The position numbers and the translations under genes were made by a program. Below, one piece after another: positions 29,279 through 36,699 of a stretch of 64,000 nt of DNA. The stretch's first letter is position 1. Each line of letters opens with the position of its first letter. Location: assembly GCA_963661975.1 (NCBI GenBank), contig CAVLDN010000006.1:30421-94420 (forward strand). The letters are read 5' to 3'. This DNA is from a bacterium. Its GTDB lineage: Bacteria; Bacillota; Clostridia; Oscillospirales; CAG-382. The notes beneath the pieces were generated by a model. The model saw only the letters and a program-made list of their open reading frames with translations. It was not told the DNA's origin and made no database searches.

Positions 29279-29307
29279 TTGACATCGCGCCCGATTTGTA
29301 TTATACT
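29279..29307 (+). promoter_or_regulatory. sigma-70-type promoter
   Basis: TTGACA-N17-TATACT, about 40 nt upstream of the 29347 ATG. Confidence 0.6.
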
Positions 29308-29346
29308 TTGTAGTAGCAGAAAAATCGATCTCGGAGGTATGTCCGC

Positions 29347-29901
29347 ATGGCAGAAAAGGCAAAGACGGCAGGAAATAAAAAAGGGATGTATATCGCGATA
29401 GGCGTTGTGCTGCTGCTCGTCGCGCTGTTTATCTTGGATACGTTCGCGGGGGCTCTCGTTGTCGATTATTCGCTTACGGTAATGTACGACAACTACGGCT
29501 ATGAGCCCGCAGAGCAGATCGTCACCGTTCTTAAATACTACAACATCTTTGAAGTATTTTCCAATGTCGGCGGTGATAAATCTTTTGAAACCGTCTATGA
29601 AGAAGTTTCCGGGAAACTGGATTACGACACGCGCCATGCAAAGGCGTATAAGGAAAAATACGGCAAGGAAGAAACGCTTTACAATTCCCGTGCTTCCTTT
29701 GTAAAAACCGCGTATGTGCTTGCCAATGTTGACGAAGCGCCGAGCTTCGGGCTCACCATGGAAAAGCTGTTCGAGGGCAAGAATACCCCCTCGATCACGA
29801 TGGTCATCGGCGCGCTGCTGTCCATCGCCGCATGCGCTTACTTCGGTGTGCGCTTTATCATCAAGGGTGCAAAGGCGGGCAGGCCGGTTGCGGTTGCGTA
29901 A
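29347..29901 (+). CDS. hypothetical membrane protein (N- and C-terminal TM helices)
   Basis: GGAGG RBS, good coding look, no recognisable family motifs. Confidence 0.6.
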   Translation: MAEKAKTAGNKKGMYIAIGVVLLLVALFILDTFAGALVVDYSLTVMYDNYGYEPAEQIVTVLKYYNIFEVFSNVGGDKSFETVYEEVSGKLDYDTRHAKAYKEKYGKEETLYNSRASFVKTAYVLANVDEAPSFGLTMEKLFEGKNTPSITMVIGALLSIAACAYFGVRFIIKGAKAGRPVAVA

Positions 29902-29924
29902 TAAAATCAATACGGTTCTTTCGG

Positions 29925-29961
29925 CGGCACACTCCCAAAACGGGGTGTGCCGCGGTTTTTT
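29925..29961 (+). terminator. rho-independent terminator
   Basis: Stem cggcacac/gtgtgccg, then cgg + TTTTTT. Confidence 0.6.
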
Positions 29962-30030
29962 GAGAGGCTGCTCTCCTAAAAAGTTATATTCGCGGGGCGA
30001 ATATAATAACACTGTAAGCTTTGGCAAACA

Positions 30031-30127
30031 ATATCACTTTTGCCGAAGGCAAAAATATCACGCCGGGCGTTGCCCGGCATATCACTCAAAACCAAACAAA
30101 CGGGGTTTCGGCTGCGGTAAGTGATAT
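30031..30127. repeat. three ATATCAC units at 24-bp phase separated by 3-nt-loop hairpins, plus one inverted copy
   Basis: ATATCAC at 30031, 30055 and 30079. GTGATAT at 30121. Hairpins ttttgcc-gaa-ggcaaaa and gccgggc-gtt-gcccggc lie between the units. Confidence 0.7.
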
Positions 30128-30230
30128 TGTACTCGGGCGGTTTTAACAGGCGGAATATAAGCCGAAAGCCGCTGCCGCGGGGAACAAGGGCGGATATAAA
30201 ACCGGACAGCTTCGCAAGAAATAAAAAGTG

Positions 30231-30259
30231 TGGATTTTTGCCGCGGAATGTGGTAGAAT
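30231..30259 (+). promoter_or_regulatory. candidate extended -10 promoter for the LysR-family gene
   Basis: TGGATT-N17-TAGAAT with TGg immediately 5' of the -10. Confidence 0.45.
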
Positions 30260-30299
30260 ATAAAAAAGCGGAATCATTCCCGAAGGAGGGCTGCGTTTT

Positions 30300-31232
30300 A
30301 TGAACCTGTTGCATATGAAATACGCCGTAACGATTGCGGATACCAACTCAATAAACAAGGCGGCGGAAAAGCTTTATGTGGGGCAGTCGGCACTCAGTCG
30401 CGCAATAAAGGAGCTTGAAGCAAGCCTGGGCGTTACGCTTTTCGAGCGGAGCGCCAAGGGAATGACATTGACTGCGGACGGCGAGGTGTTCGTGCGCTAT
30501 GCGCGGACGGTGTTGAAGCAGGTCGATGAGATAGAGAATATGTTCAACGAGGGCGCCGCGGGGAAGAAACGGTTTTCGGTCTGCGTTCCGCGCGCAAGCT
30601 ACATCGCCGATGCTTTTGTGAAGTTCTCGAAACTTGTGGGGGATAAGGGCGAGTCCGAGTTGTTTTATAAGGAAACGAACGCCATGCGTGCCGTGAAGAA
30701 TGTCCTGGCGGAGGATTATAAGCTCGGAATAGTGCGCTATGCCGAAAATTACGATAAGTATTATAAAGAGATGATGGAGGAAAAGGGGCTTTCCTACGAG
30801 CTTGTGACAGAGTTTTCATACCTGCTGTGCATGAGCCGCGATTGCCCGCTTGCCGATGTTGAAAACGTGACTTATGACGACCTTCGGGAGTATATAGAGA
30901 TCGCTCATGCCGATCCGTATGTTCCCTCGCTTCCGTATGCGGAGGTAAAAAAGGAGGAACTGCCGGACAATTCGCGCAGGAGGATATTTGTTTTCGAACG
31001 GGCAAGTCAGTTTGAGCTTCTCGCAAACAATACCGAAACCTTTATGTGGGTTTCGCCCGTGCCGCAGGAACTGCTTGACCGTTACGGGCTGATACAGCGC
31101 CGCTGTGAGCAGAACGGGAGAATTTACAAGGATGTTATGATACACCGCAGGGATTATTCGCTTTCCGAACTGGACGAGCTGTTTGTTTCCGAGCTTGTCA
31201 AGGCAAAGCGGCGGATAATCGGCGCGGAATAA
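30300..31232 (+). CDS. LysR-family transcriptional regulator
   Basis: N-terminal wHTH (MKYAVTIADTNSINKAAEKLYVGQSALSRAIKELE) plus a substrate-binding domain. Confidence 0.85.
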   Translation: MNLLHMKYAVTIADTNSINKAAEKLYVGQSALSRAIKELEASLGVTLFERSAKGMTLTADGEVFVRYARTVLKQVDEIENMFNEGAAGKKRFSVCVPRASYIADAFVKFSKLVGDKGESELFYKETNAMRAVKNVLAEDYKLGIVRYAENYDKYYKEMMEEKGLSYELVTEFSYLLCMSRDCPLADVENVTYDDLREYIEIAHADPYVPSLPYAEVKKEELPDNSRRRIFVFERASQFELLANNTETFMWVSPVPQELLDRYGLIQRRCEQNGRIYKDVMIHRRDYSLSELDELFVSELVKAKRRIIGAE

Positions 31233-31249
31233 AAGCGGAGAAACCTATT

Positions 31250-31765
31250 ATGAAATGGCTTGTTGCTTCGGATATCCACGGAAGCGCGCTTTATTGCCGC
31301 AGGCTGCTTGAATGTATGCAGGCGGAAAGGGCGGACGGGCTGATACTGCTCGGCGATATACTTTATCACGGCCCGCGGAACGCACTTCCCGATGAGTACG
31401 ATCCGAAATCGGTCGCGGAGATGCTCAATGCGCTCGAATGTCCGCTGCTCTGCGTTCGCGGCAACTGCGACAGCGAAGTCGACCAGATGATGCTTGAATT
31501 CCCGATTATGGCGGCATACGCGCTGATGAATATCGGCGAAACGTCCGTTTACATGACACACGGCCACATAAACGGGCGGGATGATCCGCCGCGCCTGCGC
31601 AAGGGCGACGTGCTGCTTTGCGGGCATACGCATATCCCGGCGGATGAAATTCTTCCCTGCGGGGTCAGATATATCAACCCCGGCTCCGTCGCGATCCCGA
31701 AGGGTGGCTCCGAACGCGGGTATATCGTTATCGAAAAGGGCGAATTTATACGCAAAACACTTTGA
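31250..31765 (+). CDS. yfcE: YfcE/MJ0936-family phosphodiesterase
   Basis: SDIHGS..LGD..HGPRN..GNCD..HGH..GHTH motif series. Confidence 0.85.
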   Translation: MKWLVASDIHGSALYCRRLLECMQAERADGLILLGDILYHGPRNALPDEYDPKSVAEMLNALECPLLCVRGNCDSEVDQMMLEFPIMAAYALMNIGETSVYMTHGHINGRDDPPRLRKGDVLLCGHTHIPADEILPCGVRYINPGSVAIPKGGSERGYIVIEKGEFIRKTL

Positions 31766-31771
31766 AAATCG

Positions 31772-31811
31772 GCGTTCTCCGTGTTATATCGGCAGGGAGA
31801 ACGCATTTTTT
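31772..31811 (+). terminator. rho-independent terminator
   Basis: 9-bp stem gcgttctcc/ggagaacgc followed by ATTTTTT. Confidence 0.8.
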
Positions 31812-31870
31812 GCGTTTCAATCCGAACCATGTATATCGATAAACGCAACACTTATATGAAAAAGCGGCAA

Positions 31871-31899
31871 TTCCCAAATGCGCTTGCGTATGATAGAAT
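31871..31899 (+). promoter_or_regulatory. candidate promoter of the rex-hyd operon
   Basis: TTCCCA-N17-TAGAAT with TGa extended -10. Confidence 0.45.
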
Positions 31900-31946
31900 A
31901 ATGTTGTGGGAGAAGCAGTATTGCCGAAAAAGGAGGAGCTTGGGCA

Positions 31947-32582
31947 ATGAAGGAAAATGATATATCGCGCGCGACATTAGGACGGGTTCCGGAATACCTG
32001 CGTTTTCTGCGCGAGCTTCCTGCCGAAACGGAAACCATATCCGCCCCGGTCATTGCAAGGGAGCTTGGGCTCGGTGAGGTCCAGGTAAGAAAGGATCTCG
32101 GCGCACTTTGCGGTGCGGGCAAGCCGAAGATCGGATATCCCGTCGGTGAACTGAAGGATTCGCTCGAAGGTTTTTTGCGGCTCGGCGACGGCAGCACCGT
32201 TATCGTCGGCGCGGGCAAGCTGGGCAGAGCGCTGCTTGATTACGGCGGATTTTCGGAATACGGAATCGATATGCTCGCGGCATTTGATATAAGCGTTAAA
32301 AAACCCGAATTTTCTCCGCGCGGGCGCAAGATACTGCCGATTTCGGATCTCGGCGCGTTCTGCCGTGCACACAAGGTGCGCATCGGCGTGATTGCGGTGC
32401 CGGCGCAGGCGGCGCAGGAGGTGTGCAACCTTCTGTACGATTCCGGCGTGAAAACGATGTGGTGCTTTGCACCGAAAAAGCTTTATCAGCCCGCAGACGC
32501 GGTGATAAGATACGAAAATATGGCGCTTTCGCTTGCACATCTTAAGATGCAGTCACGCGATACGGGCGCGGGGGAAGCATGA
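31947..32582 (+). CDS. rex: redox-sensing transcriptional repressor Rex
   Basis: RVPEYLRFL wHTH start and Rossmann GAGKLGRAL. Confidence 0.9.
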   Translation: MKENDISRATLGRVPEYLRFLRELPAETETISAPVIARELGLGEVQVRKDLGALCGAGKPKIGYPVGELKDSLEGFLRLGDGSTVIVGAGKLGRALLDYGGFSEYGIDMLAAFDISVKKPEFSPRGRKILPISDLGAFCRAHKVRIGVIAVPAQAAQEVCNLLYDSGVKTMWCFAPKKLYQPADAVIRYENMALSLAHLKMQSRDTGAGEA

Positions 32583-33340
32583 ACCCCGACCGCATTATTG
32601 CGCTGCGGGCGACACTCACCGTATTCCGCGACGGCGATCGCTGTCTGAAGGTCTTCGGCGAGGAGCATTCGCAGAGCAGTGTGCTGTGTGAGGCATTCAA
32701 CGCCGCATACGCGGCGGAGGCGGGGGTACGGACACCGCGCATCCTCGAAGTGACGGAGATCGGCGGCAAACGGGCAATCGTCTCGGAATACATAAAGGGC
32801 AGAACGCTTGCGGCATTTGCCGCAGAGCAGGGCAATACGGGCGATTGCATCGCGCGGTTCGCTTCCGCGCAGGCGTATGTCAATTCACTTGCCGCACCCG
32901 GACTGCGCAGCGAAAAGGATATCGCGGCGGATGGAATATTGCGCTCCGGCTTGCCGCGGGATACCGCGGAAGCACTGCTTGCGATGAACGACGCATTCCC
33001 GGAGGGCGACAAACTACTGCACGGCACCCCGGAAATGAGTAATATTATTATCGATAACACGGATAACTTATATATTATTGACTGGGCGTGTGCATCAAAG
33101 GGCAGTCCGGAGGCAGATGCCGCGCGCGCGTATATACTGACAAGCCGTTTTCAGGGCACCGGCGCGGCGGAGGAGTATCTTGCGCAGCGCTGCAAGGCGG
33201 GCGATGTGAGCGCACGGGATATATTCAAGAGAGTTCCCGTTGCCGCCGCGGCAATGCTGCACCTGTACGGCGAACACGAAAGAGAAGCCTTGAAGGCTTT
33301 TATAAATACAAGTGAATTTGGTTTAAGGAGAAAATCATGA
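32579..33340 (+). CDS. APH/protein-kinase-fold protein with degenerate catalytic loop
   Basis: Kinase-like LKVFG lysine and IIDW (DFG-equivalent). The Brenner motif reads HGTPEMSN instead of HxDxxxxN. 4-nt overlaps with both neighbours. Confidence 0.7.
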   Translation: MNPDRIIALRATLTVFRDGDRCLKVFGEEHSQSSVLCEAFNAAYAAEAGVRTPRILEVTEIGGKRAIVSEYIKGRTLAAFAAEQGNTGDCIARFASAQAYVNSLAAPGLRSEKDIAADGILRSGLPRDTAEALLAMNDAFPEGDKLLHGTPEMSNIIIDNTDNLYIIDWACASKGSPEADAARAYILTSRFQGTGAAEEYLAQRCKAGDVSARDIFKRVPVAAAAMLHLYGEHEREALKAFINTSEFGLRRKS

Positions 33341-33579
33341 AGTTGACTGTTTGCATCGGATCATCCTGCCATATCAAGGGTTCGCGTCAGGTTGTGGAAC
33401 GGCTTCAGACGCTTATCCGCGAAAACGCGCTCGGGGACAAGGTGGATCTTTCCGGCACGTTCTGTATGGGCAAATGCCAGCAGGGTGTGTGTGTTACGGC
33501 GGACGGGGAGTTTTATTCCGTATCGCCCGAAAATGTGGATTCGTTTTTCGAAAGCACCGTGCTTGAGAGGGTGAACTGA
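33337..33579 (+). CDS. thioredoxin-like [2Fe-2S] ferredoxin (NuoE/HndA-like), copy 1
   Basis: Cx4C...Cx3C pattern (CIGSSC .. CMGKC). 80 aa. Confidence 0.8.
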   Translation: MKLTVCIGSSCHIKGSRQVVERLQTLIRENALGDKVDLSGTFCMGKCQQGVCVTADGEFYSVSPENVDSFFESTVLERVN

Positions 33580-33580
33580 T

Positions 33581-33841
33581 ATGCTTGTAAGGATATGTGT
33601 GGGCTCGTCTTGCCATCTTAAAGGCTCGGAAAAGGTCGTGGAACTGTTCCGGGCCGCGGTAAAGGAACGCGGCCTGGAGGACAGCGTTACGCTCGCGGGT
33701 AATTTTTGCGCGGGCAAATGCAATCGGGAAGGCGTTACCGTTACCGTGGAGGATGATATTTACACCGGAGTGACACCGCAGAATTTCGCGGAATTCTTCG
33801 AGGACAAAATTGCTGGAAGACTCAAAAGGGAAGGAGCCTGA
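33581..33841 (+). CDS. thioredoxin-like [2Fe-2S] ferredoxin, copy 2
   Basis: CVGSSC .. CAGKC. 86 aa. Paralogous to copy 1. Confidence 0.8.
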   Translation: MLVRICVGSSCHLKGSEKVVELFRAAVKERGLEDSVTLAGNFCAGKCNREGVTVTVEDDIYTGVTPQNFAEFFEDKIAGRLKREGA

Positions 33842-33848
33842 TCGGTAA

Positions 33849-35522
33849 ATGGATTGCCTTACACTGAAAAAGTCAAATTGCCGGAATTGCTATAAATGCA
33901 TACGCTACTGCCCCGTGAAATCAATTCGCTTTTCGGGGAATCAGGCGTATATTATCGGTAATGAATGTATTCTTTGCGGGCATTGCTTTGTTGTCTGCCC
34001 TCAGAATGCCAAGCAGATAGTGGACGAGACCGAAAAGGTCCGCGTGCTTCTGCAATCCGGGGATCCCGTTGTTGTGAGTCTTGCGCCCTCGTTTATCGCC
34101 AATTACGAAAATGTCGGCATCGGCGCGATGCGGGCCGCATTGAAGAAGCTCGGCTTTTACGATGCGGAGGAAACGGCGCTCGGAGCGACAATGGTCAAGA
34201 CCGAATACGAGCGTATGCTCCGCGAAGATGCGCGTGATATCGTGATATCCTCCTGCTGCCATTCGGTGAACCTGCTTATACAGAAATACTTCCCGAAGGA
34301 GCTTGAATATCTTGCGGATGTCGTATCGCCGATGATGGCTCATTGCAGCGACATAAAGCGCCGTATTCCCAATGCGAAAACCGTGTTTATCGGGCCGTGC
34401 GTCGCCAAGAAGGACGAAGCCGAGCATTATTCCGGCGCGGTTGATGCCGTGCTCACCTTTGATGAGTTGACGGCGTGGTTCAAGGCGGAAGGGATCGAGC
34501 CGGAGCAGACACCCGATCGGGACGAACATTCCCGTGCGCGGTTCTTCCCCGTTACCGGCGGTATTCTGAAAACCATGGCGACGGACGAATCGAAATATAC
34601 CTACATGGCGATCGACGGCGTGGATAACTGCATGGCGGCGCTCAAGGATATAGAAACCGGCAAGATCCACCACTGCTTTATCGAAATGTCCGCCTGCGTG
34701 GGAAGCTGTGTCGGCGGGCCGGTCATGGAAAAATTCCACAGATCGCCGGTGCAGGATTATAAATCGGTTTCTGATTTTGCGGGCAAGAAGGATTTCGAGG
34801 TGGAACAGCCGGATCCGCTTGCGCTCCGCAAGACATTTACCGCCATCGAAAGGAAGCTTCCGCAGCCGAGCGAGCAGGAAATACGCGATACTCTGCGTCA
34901 GATGGGCAAAATAAAGCCCTCCGACGAGCTGAACTGCGGATCCTGCGGATATCCGACCTGCCGCGATAAGGCGATAGCCGTCTGCCAGGGCAAGGCGGAA
35001 ATTTCCATGTGCCTTCCTTATCTTAAAGACAAGGCGGAAAGCTTTTCGGATACCATCGTGCGCAACACCCCGAACGGGCTGGTCGTTTTGAACGAGAAGC
35101 TGGAGGTGCAGCAAATTAACCGTGCGGCGCTGAAGCTGCTCAATATCCGCAACGAAAAGGACATTTTGGGCGACCAGGTCGTGAGGATACTCGAGCCGGA
35201 TGATTTTGCCGCCGTTCTTGCAAACGGAAGAAGCATTCACGGCAAGCGTGTCTACCTTGCGGAATACGAAAAGTATGCCGAGGAAACAATCGTTTACGAT
35301 CGCGAATACCGCCTGCTTGTCTGCATACTGCGCGATGTGACAGAGGAAGAGATACAGCGCGAAAAGAAAGAAAGCATCAGCAGACAGACTGTCGAGATTG
35401 CAGACAGAGTCGTCGACAATCAGATGCGCATTGTTCAGGAAATCGCATCCCTGCTCGGTGAAACAGCCGCCGAAACAAAGATTGCGCTTTCCAAATTGAA
35501 GGAGTCTATCGGCGATGAATAA
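33849..35522 (+). CDS. hydS: putative sensory [FeFe] hydrogenase (HydS-type, group C-like) with C-terminal PAS-like domain
   Basis: Two CxxCxxCxxxCP motifs. H-cluster motifs are SSCCHS, GPCVAKKDE and EMSACVGSCVGG. A Cys-rich CxxCx4Cx7Cx8C segment, then a PAS-like region and a coiled tail. Confidence 0.8.
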   Translation: MDCLTLKKSNCRNCYKCIRYCPVKSIRFSGNQAYIIGNECILCGHCFVVCPQNAKQIVDETEKVRVLLQSGDPVVVSLAPSFIANYENVGIGAMRAALKKLGFYDAEETALGATMVKTEYERMLREDARDIVISSCCHSVNLLIQKYFPKELEYLADVVSPMMAHCSDIKRRIPNAKTVFIGPCVAKKDEAEHYSGAVDAVLTFDELTAWFKAEGIEPEQTPDRDEHSRARFFPVTGGILKTMATDESKYTYMAIDGVDNCMAALKDIETGKIHHCFIEMSACVGSCVGGPVMEKFHRSPVQDYKSVSDFAGKKDFEVEQPDPLALRKTFTAIERKLPQPSEQEIRDTLRQMGKIKPSDELNCGSCGYPTCRDKAIAVCQGKAEISMCLPYLKDKAESFSDTIVRNTPNGLVVLNEKLEVQQINRAALKLLNIRNEKDILGDQVVRILEPDDFAAVLANGRSIHGKRVYLAEYEKYAEETIVYDREYRLLVCILRDVTEEEIQREKKESISRQTVEIADRVVDNQMRIVQEIASLLGETAAETKIALSKLKESIGDE

Positions 35523-36687
35523 CCTTTGCACCGATATAGGCTGGAAAAGTATCAATCACGAGGGCGAACAGCTCTGCGGTGATCATGTTGATATCGTGGA
35601 GCAGAACGAAAACTCCACCGTTATCGTGCTTGCCGACGGGCTGGGAAGCGGCGTCAAGGCAAGTATACTTTCCACACTTACATCAAAGATAATATCCACC
35701 ATGATGGCATCCGAACTGCCGCTCGAGGAATGTGTTTCCACCATTGCGGCGACACTCCCGATCTGCTCGGTGCGCGGAGTCGCGTATTCGACCTTCACCA
35801 TCATACATGTTATCGACAATTCCGTTGCGGAGCTTATCCAATACGATAACCCCCACATAATACTTCTGCGCGATTGCGAAAATTATGAATACCCGCGTTC
35901 GGAGCTCAATATCAACGGAAAGACGATATACAAATCGGTCATCAACCTGCGAGAGGGAGATATATTCATCGCCATGAGCGACGGCTGCCCCCACGCGGGG
36001 ATCGGTATCGCTTACAACTTCGGCTGGAAGCGCGAGGATATCGCCGATTACATGAAGACCTTTGCCCATGTCGGCTACACGGCAAAAACGCTTGCGACGA
36101 TGCTTGTCGACGAGTGCGACCGCCAATACGGCTTTCACCCCGGCGATGATGCCACCGCCTGCGTTCTGCGTATCCGCCGCCGCGAGCCGGTGAACATACT
36201 CTTCGGCCCGCCGCGATACCGCGATGACTGCAACAGAATGATGTCGCTCTTTTTCTCCAAGGAAGGCAAGCATATCGTGTGCGGCGGAACGACATCCACC
36301 ATCGCCGCGAAATACCTGGGCAAGCCTCTTGTGCCGAGCCTGGATTTTGAGAGCGGCGATGTGCCGCCGATCGCCGAAATAGAAGGCGTGGACCTTGTCA
36401 CAGAGGGGGTAATAACCGTCAACAAGGTGCTTGAATATGCCAGGGATTCGCTCGGCTCGAACGAAAAGTATGCATATTGGAGTGTTCACCGCGACGGTGC
36501 TTCGCTTATGAGCCGCTTACTTTTCGAAGAAGCGACGGATATCAACTTTTATGTCGGTCGCGCAGTCAACCCCGCGCATCAAAACCCGGAACTCCCGATC
36601 AACTTCAACATAAAGATGAACCTTGTGGAGGAGCTTTCAGCCTGCCTGAAAAAAATGGGCAAGCGTATCAAGGTAAGCTATTTTTAA
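35515..36687 (+). CDS. SpoIIE/PP2C-family serine phosphatase with uncharacterised C-terminal domain
   Basis: GEQLCGDHVDIV..VLADGLGSGVKAS..MSDGCPHAG PP2C-like motifs in the first ~210 aa. 8-nt overlap with hydS. Confidence 0.8.
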   Translation: MNNLCTDIGWKSINHEGEQLCGDHVDIVEQNENSTVIVLADGLGSGVKASILSTLTSKIISTMMASELPLEECVSTIAATLPICSVRGVAYSTFTIIHVIDNSVAELIQYDNPHIILLRDCENYEYPRSELNINGKTIYKSVINLREGDIFIAMSDGCPHAGIGIAYNFGWKREDIADYMKTFAHVGYTAKTLATMLVDECDRQYGFHPGDDATACVLRIRRREPVNILFGPPRYRDDCNRMMSLFFSKEGKHIVCGGTTSTIAAKYLGKPLVPSLDFESGDVPPIAEIEGVDLVTEGVITVNKVLEYARDSLGSNEKYAYWSVHRDGASLMSRLLFEEATDINFYVGRAVNPAHQNPELPINFNIKMNLVEELSACLKKMGKRIKVSYF

Positions 36688-36699
36688 GGGGAAAGTGTC

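Noticed and set aside
30031-30127. Mini CRISPR array
   Set aside because: The conserved unit is only 7 nt with a 24-bp period, the spacers are palindromic hairpins, and there are no cas genes in the window. This is not CRISPR-like.
31812-31946. Rex operator (TTGTGAAnnnnTTCACAA-type) upstream of the rex-hyd operon
   Set aside because: Only a half-site-like TTGTGGG (around 31905) is present, with no inverted partner. No convincing Rex box was seen elsewhere in the window either.
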